A DNA stretch of 58,144 nucleotides from a virus (taxonomy: Duplodnaviria > Caudoviricetes): positions 1-58,144 of the IMG/VR virus record IMGVR_UViG_3300022591_000010; one strand, 5' to 3'. The notes below the pieces were generated by a model. It saw only the letters and a program-made list of their open reading frames with translations. It did no database searches and was not told the DNA's origin. Position 1 is the stretch's first letter, and every line of letters starts with the position of its first letter. Both the position numbers and the translations under genes were made by a program. Positions 45,611-54,579 of the stretch are shown here, in pieces.

Positions 45611-46421
45611 AAAACAATTCCGCTAGTGTTAGCGGAAGCGGTACCTCCTGGCCGCAAGACTGACATTCCTTTGTAATAGCTCCGAGTTGTGGTCCTGGGT
45701 TACGGCTTGTGATTTCGTTCAAAAGTTCTCTGCGGTCCTTTAGACCTAGGCTTCTAACAACCTCTGGGTTTAATACCGGGGTTCCGTTAATAGCCTTTAC
45801 GCAGTTCTTTAGCAAAATTGTATCTAATTCTGCTGAGGTTTTGTCGTTAGACGCAACCATTTCTTTCTGGGTAGAGCCAGTAGGGAAGACTACCTCTACC
45901 TCTCCCACCTTACACTTTACGGTGAACTTACGATCACCATCTAAAGTCTTGATAGGAACATCTTTATCTAGATCAATATCAAACACCTGCTCAGTGCCAC
46001 AACTTGGGCAAGTTCCTGGACCTACTTTTACATCAGATCCAAAGGTAACCTTGCGAATTGCCAGCAACAGCATCTCTCGATCTCCTGCATACATTGCATC
46101 TAGAAGATCTTTAGAAGCCGGTTCGTCTCCAATTTTCACAGTAGCTCGTTCAAGAATAAGCAATAGGGACTTGCCAATATTGTTGAGCTTAGCTACCGCT
46201 TCTTCATCTGCCCCGTTCAGTTCTCTTACCTCAGCAGTATTGATGACTCCTGAAATAGGGTCTAGCAATCCTCCTGGTAGCTCAACTTCTGGACTAGGAG
46301 GCAACTGGATTTCTGGCGTAATTGCCGCAACAGTTGCCTCCTGTTCAGTCATAGCTTGTTGAGCTAGCTTGTTAAGAAGAGCTGGGTTTTGTTCCGCTGT
46401 TATAGTCGTTGTATTAGACAT
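45609..46421 (-). CDS. Tail/hub assembly chaperone (T4 gp26-like, two CxxC)
   Basis: VELPGG...VRELNGADEE...GDREMLL..IR..TFG...CPSC...CQSC; lies between the tube and tape measure genes. Confidence 0.8.
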   Translation of the reverse strand: MSNTTTITAEQNPALLNKLAQQAMTEQEATVAAITPEIQLPPSPEVELPGGLLDPISGVINTAEVRELNGADEEAVAKLNNIGKSLLLILERATVKIGDEPASKDLLDAMYAGDREMLLLAIRKVTFGSDVKVGPGTCPSCGTEQVFDIDLDKDVPIKTLDGDRKFTVKCKVGEVEVVFPTGSTQKEMVASNDKTSAELDTILLKNCVKAINGTPVLNPEVVRSLGLKDRRELLNEITSRNPGPQLGAITKECQSCGQEVPLPLTLAELF

Positions 46422-46446
46422 GTTATTTTCCTTATTAGATTAGAAG

Positions 46447-47148
46447 TTAGCCGTTATTAATTGCTGGTGCTGATCCCGCTACAGTGTAGTTGGTTGCGTA
46501 TGTTACATCCCAACCTTCATGGACAATTGTCATCTCTTCAACCATGATGCTGTTTGAGCCGGCATCTAGATTGCTGTATGACAAGTTTGTAATCCATGCA
46601 CGATATACGCGGAAGCGTAAAGACGTGTGTTGCTCTTGTGGGGTAGGGGCAGTAACACCTGCAGTGGCGCCTCCACCTAGGTTGATTGTTTGTCCAGTAG
46701 TAGCCTGTGGGTTTGGATGGCTGAGTACTTGGATATCCAAATTACAGCGGAATCCTCCACCGACTCCCGCAGTAGCTCCTGTAGAGGCAGGAGATCCTGA
46801 AGTAAGAACTGAGAACAAACGCTTCATCCAAAGAGCATTGTCTCCCTGACCCAACATAACTCCCTTAGAGAGAGTAATTGGTGTGAAGGCAGACTGTCCA
46901 GGAATCTGGTGTGTATTGGTGTTGTATCCGCCTTCACGGTAAGCAATTGCTTCAGTAGCAACACTTAATCCGGAAACAGATACGAACCCCATTGAACCAA
47001 AGTTTGATCCGTAAGATGCCGTATCTCCGGCACTTTCGGTAGGGGTAAAGGTTACTAAGAACTTAAAATTACGTACTGGATCAGTAAGTAAATTACTAAG
47101 TGAGTTAGTAACTGGTGATGGTGATGAGCCATTATTTTGCTGTGCCAT
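46447..47148 (-). CDS. Tail tube protein (T4 gp19-like)
   Basis: DPVRNFKF...GF..VSGL...YREGG...PG...ITLSKG...AW...LDAGSN..MVEEMTIVHEG. Confidence 0.95.
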   Translation of the reverse strand: MAQQNNGSSPSPVTNSLSNLLTDPVRNFKFLVTFTPTESAGDTASYGSNFGSMGFVSVSGLSVATEAIAYREGGYNTNTHQIPGQSAFTPITLSKGVMLGQGDNALWMKRLFSVLTSGSPASTGATAGVGGGFRCNLDIQVLSHPNPQATTGQTINLGGGATAGVTAPTPQEQHTSLRFRVYRAWITNLSYSNLDAGSNSIMVEEMTIVHEGWDVTYATNYTVAGSAPAINNG

Positions 47149-47162
47149 TTTTATCTATCTCC

Positions 47163-49232
47163 TTATGCCGAAGCATTTCCGGTAAGTTGTCCAAGCTTAA
47201 TGACAACGAACTCTGCTGGATATTGTAGTGCCACACCAACTTCAATATTTACGATACCGGCTTGGATATCGCTAAAGCTTGTAGTAGATGAGTCAACCTT
47301 TACGTAGTAGGCCTGAGAAGGAGAGCTTCCACGAAGTCCACCTGAGTTCCAGTAATTAAACAAGAACGAGCCTAGGATTGTTTGGAGCTTGCTCCATAGA
47401 CGGGTATCGTTGTTCTCGAACAAAGCAAAAGAGCTTAGGTTCTGCATCTGCTTTTCAATGTAGATAAGAGAACGGCGGATATTGATATAGCGATTGGTTG
47501 GCGTGTTGTCCATAGTACGAGCACCCATGATCACAATTCCAGAACCTGGAACCTGACGGATTGGGTTGATTGGGTCAACAGAGGTGTTGATTGCATCTAG
47601 CTCAGCGTTTGTGAACAAGTGTTCAGTAGACACTGCAAGAGCCATCTTATTTAGAAGACCTGCTGGAGACTTTGCTGGGCTACGAAGAGCATCTGTAGAG
47701 AGGTACTGACCAACTACACCTGCGCCAGGAGCCTGAAGACGAAGAGCACCAATAGCCTTGTTTGGATCTGGGATGTTGTACCAAGGCCAGTAAGCAGCCG
47801 CACTTCCACCAGAGGTAGATGCAGCGAAGTTAGAGGCTGTGGTGGATACGCTAGACTGAGCAGCTGTTGCGTTAGCCAATCCTGATGGTGTATCGATAAC
47901 TGCAAACGTATCTGTACGACCTGCAGCATAAGTTACTGCGGCGCCATGAAGCTGGCTGCATAGTGAGCTCGTAGATGCATATGGAGCATCAGGAGCGTAT
48001 ACAACGATTGAGTTATTAACACTATCAAATGTAGTCCAACCAGTGGTGTAGTCTGAGAGTGTTGGTGCTGTACCGTCTGTTCCGCCAGATAGCGAAGTTG
48101 GGTTAGCGTTAAGTGTGTATGGGTTCTTAGTGCTATCGATGCTTCCTACAGTAACAACTGCAGAGTAAGCAGGGATGATAGAACCGATGTAGTTAGCATC
48201 AGTTGAGCTCATGCTTAGGTCAGAATACCGCTCTACAACGCTTGTTGAAGTTACGCCACTAGATGTAGTTGTTGCATAAATAGTGAGGTTAAAGCGGCTA
48301 GAGACACCAGCAGGAGTTACCTGTGCTGAGTAGCTATTTGCCCAAGAACCTGGGTTAAGAGCTGTCAACGTAAACGAGTTGTTTGAAGGCGTGGTTACTA
48401 CTCCAGAAGCTGTACCAGTCTGAGCTGACAAAGCAACTGCAGGCAAGGTCTGGCTTGCTGTAGGGGTCACAGTAATAGCGAACGCTGAGGTTGTCAAACC
48501 AGTAGAGTTGATTGTACCTGTGATGTTGTAACCAGATGTTACTGAGAAGGTAGCTCCAGTAAATACTGCAGTACCTGCGATAGTAGATGGTGAGGCTACA
48601 GCAGCTGTGAAGCTTGTATTAGCTGTAACTGCGCTTACATAGTAAGTACCGTTAAAGCTACCTGTAGTAGCACCAGTTACGCCTGCCACAGTAACAATAG
48701 AACCTACCACAATACCTGTGGTGTTAGTGGTTGCCCATGTTACAGTAGTAGATGCACCCGTACCGTTAATAGTAGCTGAGGTAACTGTAGGTGTTGCTGT
48801 AGCACCAAGGCCGGTGATTGTAACTGTCTGACCAGCTGTGTATGTATTAGCAGCTGTATAGGTGATTGTATTTGATACTGGGAGAGAAGCAGCAGTTACA
48901 GTAGCTGTAACAGTAGTGCTGGTACCAGAACCGTCATTGATAGTTACAGCAGCTTTTAGTGCAGAAGAGCTTACAACGCGCTTTACATAGAGTGCAGTTC
49001 CATGGTTAGCAAAAAAGTTGTACGCAGCCCAAGAGGTTGGGTAGGCGTCGTTAAGTCCACCAAATGTCTTTGTAAACTGACCCCATGTAGATACTAGTAC
49101 TGGTGCGTCTGTTGGTCCTTGAGGAAGGGACCCGCAGAATGCTCCTACAGCACTGGCGGTATCTAACACGGTAACAGCTTGTGGCAAAGGCATTTCTTGG
49201 ATATATACGCCGGGGCGGCTATATGTTGCCAT
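47163..49232 (-). CDS. Contractile tail sheath protein
   Basis: PGVYIQE...KSPAG...INPIR...GART...YINIRR...FENND...PAEFV. Confidence 0.95.
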   Translation of the reverse strand: MATYSRPGVYIQEMPLPQAVTVLDTASAVGAFCGSLPQGPTDAPVLVSTWGQFTKTFGGLNDAYPTSWAAYNFFANHGTALYVKRVVSSSALKAAVTINDGSGTSTTVTATVTAASLPVSNTITYTAANTYTAGQTVTITGLGATATPTVTSATINGTGASTTVTWATTNTTGIVVGSIVTVAGVTGATTGSFNGTYYVSAVTANTSFTAAVASPSTIAGTAVFTGATFSVTSGYNITGTINSTGLTTSAFAITVTPTASQTLPAVALSAQTGTASGVVTTPSNNSFTLTALNPGSWANSYSAQVTPAGVSSRFNLTIYATTTSSGVTSTSVVERYSDLSMSSTDANYIGSIIPAYSAVVTVGSIDSTKNPYTLNANPTSLSGGTDGTAPTLSDYTTGWTTFDSVNNSIVVYAPDAPYASTSSLCSQLHGAAVTYAAGRTDTFAVIDTPSGLANATAAQSSVSTTASNFAASTSGGSAAAYWPWYNIPDPNKAIGALRLQAPGAGVVGQYLSTDALRSPAKSPAGLLNKMALAVSTEHLFTNAELDAINTSVDPINPIRQVPGSGIVIMGARTMDNTPTNRYINIRRSLIYIEKQMQNLSSFALFENNDTRLWSKLQTILGSFLFNYWNSGGLRGSSPSQAYYVKVDSSTTSFSDIQAGIVNIEVGVALQYPAEFVVIKLGQLTGNASA

Positions 49233-49282
49233 TTTTGTTACTCCTTAGTTAGGTTGTTTTCTTTGAGTTGCGAACTTGTTTG

Positions 49283-49873
49283 CTAGATTGTGAACGGTAC
49301 GGTCTGATATGTTGTAGAGATATTTGGTTGTTGTGTTACTTGGTAAGCTTGTACTAGCTGATCTGGGAAGAGCTCAGAACTAATACGTATATTATATACG
49401 TTATTGAATAGGCGTTTCTCCGATTCAATAAAGTCTCTTTTTGAGAATCCCAGTACATCCACGCGGCGGTTAGTACCGTCCTCAGGAATAGGGAGTTGCC
49501 CAAACCTTAATGGTAGTCTACCAGGGCTATAGAGTGCCGCAATCAATTGGCGGTCGTGCCTTGGTTGACGTGACCATGTAGCTACCTGGTAAACCAGGTC
49601 TACAGGGATAGGAAAGTTAGTGTGGGTAATGTTAGTAGTGTCTACACCTTCTGGGGTATAGGTCAAAGGCACATAGCCACGGTGAGCACGGGTAGTATCC
49701 TCAGTAACGCTTACCAAATCTATAGTGATATATGGGTAGGACTGCTGACGAATTTCTTTGTCAGGCTGTCCATAATATACTCCTACAGGTCGAGCTGAGT
49801 TACCTGAGTCGGACACTGTGATACCTGTGAGAAGTGTCTTAAGTGCAGCTTCCTCATTCAAGATAAATGGCAT
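49283..49873 (-). CDS. Tail terminator/completion protein
   Basis: YPYITIDL...PVDLVYQV; located just upstream of the sheath gene. Confidence 0.65.
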   Translation of the reverse strand: MPFILNEEAALKTLLTGITVSDSGNSARPVGVYYGQPDKEIRQQSYPYITIDLVSVTEDTTRAHRGYVPLTYTPEGVDTTNITHTNFPIPVDLVYQVATWSRQPRHDRQLIAALYSPGRLPLRFGQLPIPEDGTNRRVDVLGFSKRDFIESEKRLFNNVYNIRISSELFPDQLVQAYQVTQQPNISTTYQTVPFTI

Positions 49874-50166
49874 TAGTTTGCTCCCATCGTAAATGTGCTC
49901 AAGGCAGGAGAAGGAGGAGTATCCGGAGTCCCATAGTTTAGACGTTGGATCTCATGCTCTAGCTCTTTAGGGAAAGCAATCTGAGGAGCTTCACCATCAT
50001 GTGTAATTTCCAGCTGGTTGACAATGTGATCAGGCCAACCGTAAGAACTTGCGTGGCTTCTTAGAGCCTGCGTGTATACCTCTAGCGCTCTGTACTCAGC
50101 CAGAATTAAGGCTGAATTTAAATACATGTCTAAAGAAAAATGAAGACTCGTCTTAGATGTTAGCAT
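49873..50166 (-). CDS. Putative neck/tail completion protein
   Basis: LNYGTPDTPP motif and genomic position. Confidence 0.5.
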   Translation of the reverse strand: MLTSKTSLHFSLDMYLNSALILAEYRALEVYTQALRSHASSYGWPDHIVNQLEITHDGEAPQIAFPKELEHEIQRLNYGTPDTPPSPALSTFTMGAN

Positions 50167-50332
50167 TTTTACGGGGCTTCTTCGTTAGTATGTATCCAGT
50201 AGCAATTAACAGGGCCGTTTTGTTGAAACCCTTATGCTGTTTTTCTGGAAGCAGATTACACACTCCACGAATAAACTCCGTTTTATCGGCGTCGGTTTCA
50301 TACCGACTCATCCGATCATACAGACTAGTCAT
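50153..50332 (-). CDS. Small hypothetical protein (start MTSLY)
   Basis: SD GGAGG precedes the ATG at 50332. Confidence 0.6.
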   Translation of the reverse strand: MTSLYDRMSRYETDADKTEFIRGVCNLLPEKQHKGFNKTALLIATGYILTKKPRKNANI

Positions 50333-50402
50333 AATTCCTCCATAGGAAGGCGCAAGGTAAAGCAGCAGGGTTCCGGACAAGTCCGGCGTCAAGGTCAATC
50401 AT

Positions 50403-50430
50403 AAAGCAAAAGAGGCCCTTTCGGGCCTCT
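50403..50430 (-). terminator. Rho-independent terminator
   Basis: AGAGGCCC-GAAA-GGGCCTCT followed by TTTGCTTT on the minus strand (GNRA loop). Confidence 0.85.
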
Positions 50431-50435
50431 AAAGC

Positions 50436-50633
50436 TTACTTCTTTTTCTCGTCCTTCTTGATTTTCTTTACGATGGCTTTATCCTCGGCACGGTCTTCCG
50501 CCATATCCTTAGGCTTCTTGTGCTTCTTGTCCATCTTCTTGAACTTTGCCTTTTCAGCAGGAGTCAGGTTCTTGGTGTCCTTCTTATCCTGAGGCTTATC
50601 GTTCTTCTCGTTATAAGGCTTTGACTTGGCCAT
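50436..50633 (-). CDS. Small Lys-rich protein
   Basis: 65 aa with very high Lys/Asp content. Confidence 0.7.
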   Translation of the reverse strand: MAKSKPYNEKNDKPQDKKDTKNLTPAEKAKFKKMDKKHKKPKDMAEDRAEDKAIVKKIKKDEKKK

Positions 50634-50708
50634 TTACTTGCCTTTCTTTTTCTTGCAGGCGCCCTTGCAGTTAGGTTTAGAGCATCCGCATCCGCATGAC
50701 TTGCACAT
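50634..50708 (-). CDS. 24-aa Cys/Lys-rich metallothionein-like peptide
   Basis: Manual translation MCKSCGCGCSKPNCKGACKKKKGK*; SD GGAG; exactly fills the gap between two genes. Confidence 0.7.
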   Translation of the reverse strand: MCKSCGCGCSKPNCKGACKKKKGK

Positions 50709-50709
50709 A

Positions 50710-50940
50710 TTATTCTCCGCTTCCCTTTTTACTATGGTATTTCTTGGTGGCTGTTACACCGGCACCGATGGTGACGGCTCCGGCAAGCTTGGTCAGATTC
50801 ATGGTTTTACCTCCACCTGGGTGGTGGACTTTTACGTCTTTGCCGTGCTTGTCTACAATGTGTGTCTTGCCGTCTGCCTTAAACTTGGCAGCGGCTTTCT
50901 TCTTTTCTACCGCCTTTGGGCGTGCTTTACTTTTTGGCAC
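50710..50940 (-). CDS. Small basic protein
   Basis: 76-aa Lys/His-rich ORF. Confidence 0.65.
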   Translation of the reverse strand: MPKSKARPKAVEKKKAAAKFKADGKTHIVDKHGKDVKVHHPGGGKTMNLTKLAGAVTIGAGVTATKKYHSKKGSGE

Positions 50941-51097
50941 CCTTTACCTTCTTCAAATTAGGATTCTTAGCCTTCGCCTTAGCTGAAGCCTTGCGAGAGG
51001 ATGATGCTAGTATAGCACCGGCTGCCTCCTTAGAGACACCTTCTTTTGCTGCAATTTTATTCTGTGCGGCCTTAAAGCCTGGGTGTTCTTTTGCCAT
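50927..51097 (-). CDS. 56-aa Lys/Ala-rich protein
   Basis: Manual translation MAKEHPGFKAAQNKIAAKEGVSKEAAGAILASSSRKASAKAKAKNPNLKKVKGAKK*. Confidence 0.7.
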   Translation of the reverse strand: MAKEHPGFKAAQNKIAAKEGVSKEAAGAILASSSRKASAKAKAKNPNLKKVKGAKK

Positions 51098-51105
51098 TTC
51101 TATTC

Positions 51106-51609
51106 CTATCCTACGTTATAGATTGTTAAGGTAGCTGACGGGGAAGCTGGACGGGTTGGGTTTGTACCCGCTGCTGTAGCAAGAAGGGACATTCCTGATG
51201 CGCCAGACCACCAGTGAAATTGAATGTAGTCATTTGCCAGCACAGAAATAGGAGCTTCAATGTTTGCTAAAACCTGTGAGTTCTGTGCACTAGCTGTGGT
51301 AAAGCTAAAAGCAGAGCTTGGAACTTGAACGCCGTTTTTAGAGAACCAAGTTGTGATGTGATAATCACTTGTACCGCCAGTGAAGTTAAACTGACCTAAA
51401 AAGTTAAGGTTGTATGTTCCTGGGTTTGCAAAAACAATCTTACTTTTATCCGATGAGTTAAGGGTCATGCCCTTGCTTATATTGGTCGTGTCCCAAGTAA
51501 TAAGGTTATCTGTTGTGGTTCCTCCGCTAGCTTGATTTGTGCTTAAAGCAAAGTTGCCGTAGAAAAGAATGGCTGCGGGAATTACAGGGCTGTTTATACG
51601 GATGCTCAC
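51106..51609 (-). CDS. C1q/BclA-C-like jelly-roll virion protein
   Basis: ITWDT...IVFANPGTYNLNF...W..KNG...ANDYIQ pattern. Confidence 0.6.
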   Translation of the reverse strand: MSIRINSPVIPAAILFYGNFALSTNQASGGTTTDNLITWDTTNISKGMTLNSSDKSKIVFANPGTYNLNFLGQFNFTGGTSDYHITTWFSKNGVQVPSSAFSFTTASAQNSQVLANIEAPISVLANDYIQFHWWSGASGMSLLATAAGTNPTRPASPSATLTIYNVG

Positions 51610-51911
51610 TTTAATACCGCCAGTACAGATACGCTAGATGAAGCAGATGAAATTGCATAAACTGGCTCATTAACACTTAGGCTATCAATAGAGACAGAAG
51701 TTCCTGGCAACAAAGTAAGTCCGTATGAAGACGAGGTTACTGAAGGAGAACCAATATACACTGTAGCTACAAGGTCTACATTTTGAATGTTAATGGACAT
51801 GCTATTCCATGTAGGATAGTTTTCTCCATTAACTGTTACTGTTGGATTTGAAGGGGTAACAGATACTGCATTTGAGCTGTTTAAAGCTACAACGTTATGT
51901 GATAGTGCCAT
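51606..51911 (-). CDS. Small beta-rich structural protein
   Basis: INIQN...VYIG...YGLTL.PG.SVSI...VYAIS. Confidence 0.55.
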   Translation of the reverse strand: MALSHNVVALNSSNAVSVTPSNPTVTVNGENYPTWNSMSINIQNVDLVATVYIGSPSVTSSSYGLTLLPGTSVSIDSLSVNEPVYAISSASSSVSVLAVLK

Positions 51912-51920
51912 GGTATTTCC

Positions 51921-52499
51921 TTAGTAGGTAGTAGGGTCAAAAGCAGAGTAGTTAGCGTAATGCTGGAACTGGCTGTCGTTGACAAGTTCTTCCGCATTTA
52001 CTTGGTTACATTGTACACGCAAAAGGGTGTAGTTATTCTGGATAATGCCCTCAGGCAGTACCCGAACCGGTGTAAATACTTCGTGCCTAAAGACTATACG
52101 ATCCCGAAGGTAGGAGTCCGGGTTGGTCTCGACATTGCCTAGCTCTGGGATGTTGTTGTAGTTGGCACCGTAGAAGTTTAGCTTGTTCTCGATTACGTCT
52201 ACATTTATGACAATAGTTAGCTGGTCAGCGTTATAGAAACCGCGGTCAGTTTGGATAGATACACCTTGCTCTAGGTGAGCATTGACTACTGGGATAGTAA
52301 GTGGGGTTTTCCACATACGTCCTGTGCCAGAGTTGCCTCCCACATCGTAGATAGGATCTACAACAGTATTAGCAGAGTCATACTGCCACCACTCTACGGT
52401 GGTACCTACAGTCTTGACTAGCTCTGTGCTGGTACCAGAAACGATGGAGGCATGCTCTGAGGGTATGCTGAACCGTCCCTGTCTATTTTCTCCGCGCAT
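51921..52499 (-). CDS. Neck/head-closure protein (T4 gp14-like)
   Basis: VDPIYD...GFYNADQL...DRIVFR..F; genomic position. Confidence 0.6.
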   Translation of the reverse strand: MRGENRQGRFSIPSEHASIVSGTSTELVKTVGTTVEWWQYDSANTVVDPIYDVGGNSGTGRMWKTPLTIPVVNAHLEQGVSIQTDRGFYNADQLTIVINVDVIENKLNFYGANYNNIPELGNVETNPDSYLRDRIVFRHEVFTPVRVLPEGIIQNNYTLLRVQCNQVNAEELVNDSQFQHYANYSAFDPTTY

Positions 52500-52509
52500 A
52501 GATTAAATC

Positions 52510-53490
52510 CTAACGATTGTACTTAGGAGGTATGAACCAGTCTGTAAACGGACCATACTTAAGATTAACCCTAGTGTACTCTGAAAACCTCTTGATTTTG
52601 TCCTTATTGGCAGGGTCTTTAATGTAGGTAACCCAATTCTCTTCAATTTTTCCAAAGTACTCCTCCTTGCTAAGGTTGGTAGGGTTTGCCCCGCTAACTC
52701 TAAAGCTTGGGTCCTTTGGGTCCTTGCTAGTATCGTTTTGAAATAAATGGCTTACTGGCAACGTCATATTTGGAAATACTAGTGAGAAGCCCTCAGCTAG
52801 TAAGTTCATGGTTTGTATAACTTCTTCTTCCCAAAATATAGTTTTTGTAGGAAGTCCGCTATTTTCTACAAAATGCTTATTAGCAAACGCAAACTGGGCA
52901 TTAAATTTTATACATGGGACAAACAACCTATCATCTCTTTTATTAGATGTTCTAAGGTCATTGTCTCTCCATGCAGGGATAGTGGTGTGGTCCCATGTCT
53001 TAAATAAAAATATAGCGTAGGATGCAAACTTATCCTTTAGAGTAGAAACTCTAGATCCATCGTTAAGGTGCTCATAGGAAGGAAGATAGGAGGTAATAAT
53101 AGTCTTATCATTTTTAGTCTCTTCTAAAGCTTTTTTATATATGTCTACTAAGATGGTATCCCAATGTTTTTCAAATAGGGTGTGGGAGTCTACCTGTAAG
53201 ACGTAGTCTTCTCCACCGTACATAGACAAAGCCTCGCTCCGACCAGAACCTACAGATACATCACATTCGTCTTTTTTATATCTTTTAAACTTAACTTGTG
53301 GGTACTTAAGTAAAGGTTCAAGCTTGTTCTTATAGAACTCTTCAAAATCTATTCCCTCCCTCTCATACGTCTCAAACATTACCAAACCAATAGTTATATC
53401 GTTTGGGTTGTCTGCACAGGTGATAGCTTCTTTTACCGTAAACTCAATTTGATTATCGTACAGTGTAGGGATCGCAATATAGATTGACAT
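52510..53490 (-). CDS. GT-A glycosyltransferase resembling the GlcNAc transferases of CAZy GT60 (Gnt1-like)
   Basis: IYIAIPTLYD...GRSEA..MY.GEDYVLQVDSHTLF..HWD...NAQFAF...FWEEE...SHLF. Confidence 0.8.
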   Translation of the reverse strand: MSIYIAIPTLYDNQIEFTVKEAITCADNPNDITIGLVMFETYEREGIDFEEFYKNKLEPLLKYPQVKFKRYKKDECDVSVGSGRSEALSMYGGEDYVLQVDSHTLFEKHWDTILVDIYKKALEETKNDKTIITSYLPSYEHLNDGSRVSTLKDKFASYAIFLFKTWDHTTIPAWRDNDLRTSNKRDDRLFVPCIKFNAQFAFANKHFVENSGLPTKTIFWEEEVIQTMNLLAEGFSLVFPNMTLPVSHLFQNDTSKDPKDPSFRVSGANPTNLSKEEYFGKIEENWVTYIKDPANKDKIKRFSEYTRVNLKYGPFTDWFIPPKYNR

Positions 53491-53699
53491 TACTTCTCCT
53501 TAGTCTTATATTCGCTCATGTCTACAAAGGTAGGGTTGTGTAGAAATAGCGAGGCCACCCTGGGATTACTAACTGCAAACACATCCACTAGCTCATCGTC
53601 TAGTATTACTCCAAGAACAATAGGCTTAGCAGCAGCTTCTTGAGGTTCAGGAACAGCCGGTTCTTCCTTTTTCTTATTAAGCTTAAACATATTTACCAC
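53490..53699 (-). CDS. Small hypothetical protein
   Basis: Coupled ORF containing LFLHNPTFVD. Confidence 0.6.
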   Translation of the reverse strand: MVNMFKLNKKKEEPAVPEPQEAAAKPIVLGVILDDELVDVFAVSNPRVASLFLHNPTFVDMSEYKTKEK

Positions 53700-53881
53700 T
53701 TACCTAACGGACACGTAGCGTGTTCCAATCTAGTTTTTGCTTCCATAAAACACATACATTTTTTACACTGAGCTAGTTTTGAATTAAACTCGGGGCACTC
53801 CCTACATATAGAGAGGCGGTCGTCGCTTCTCTTTTTATTCTCTGGCCCTAAGATTTTATCTATTAGGTCAAATGCCCCCAT
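53693..53881 (-). CDS. Cys-rich small protein (CxxC...CxxCxC...CPxxKW)
   Basis: RLSICRECPEF...QCKKCMCFMEAK...CPLGKW; likely start MGAFD (TAATG). Confidence 0.75.
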   Translation of the reverse strand: MGAFDLIDKILGPENKKRSDDRLSICRECPEFNSKLAQCKKCMCFMEAKTRLEHATCPLGKW

Positions 53882-54561
53882 TAGTATTCCTTTTCTTTTC
53901 TCCAAAGCTTTTTATAGACGCCTTCTCCCTTGCGAATTTCTTGGGATTTTCTAACCTGTTCAGCCGTGCTGTTCCAGGATTGAGCATAGACCCACTTATC
54001 TCTTTTAATTGGAATTAGTTGGGCTATAGGTGTGCCTGCAGGGATGACCCCTTCAAACCCAGACTTAATAAAGAATGGGATATTACCCCAACCATTAAAA
54101 TCATCTGCATCCATAATTCCAGATGTAGTTGTAAATGGTAGGTCAAACCTATTTAAAGGGTGGGTAACTAAAGTGCTGTAGCCTTTTGGTACCTTCCAAC
54201 CCCATTGACATGTCCAAGCAAGGTGGTTTTTCTCATGTCCTGGTGGTCTAGGAATAGTGTGTCCTGTAAGACCAACTCTTTCATTTACCGGGTTAGTCTG
54301 GATATCATCCCAGGTAATCTTTAGCTCACCATCTTCGGTTTTAGTTACGTAGATGTTTACTGGGGTTACTAAAGCATAGCCAGAAATCATGGCGTCTAAG
54401 AATGGTACGCAAGTTTTTAAACCCTCAAATCTCATACCATGCTTATCTGTATAGTAACGCTCAGCATTTCTATACCATTCAGGAATAAGCCCCTTCATAG
54501 GGATTGGTGCTTTATGGTCCGGATCAACCTCTGGACTAGGTACGAACTTAAATATCTTCAC
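53881..54561 (-). CDS. Conserved phage protein with a dUTPase-like beta-clip fold (DUF6065-like)
   Basis: IPEWY...KTCVPFLDAMISGY...W...PKGYS...HPLN...GIMD.D...IPAGTPIAQLIPIKR. Confidence 0.6.
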   Translation of the reverse strand: MKIFKFVPSPEVDPDHKAPIPMKGLIPEWYRNAERYYTDKHGMRFEGLKTCVPFLDAMISGYALVTPVNIYVTKTEDGELKITWDDIQTNPVNERVGLTGHTIPRPPGHEKNHLAWTCQWGWKVPKGYSTLVTHPLNRFDLPFTTTSGIMDADDFNGWGNIPFFIKSGFEGVIPAGTPIAQLIPIKRDKWVYAQSWNSTAEQVRKSQEIRKGEGVYKKLWRKEKEY

Positions 54562-54579
54562 TATAACCCTCCTACCGGT

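Noticed and set aside
45709-46362. 217-aa plus-strand ORF and many similar plus-strand ORFs
   Set aside because: They are antisense to well-supported minus-strand genes, have Ser-rich shadow composition and show no motifs.
32858-49873. Extracellular contractile injection system or tailocin instead of a phage tail
   Set aside because: The locus is contiguous with phage replication, neck and lysis genes, and no host housekeeping genes are present.
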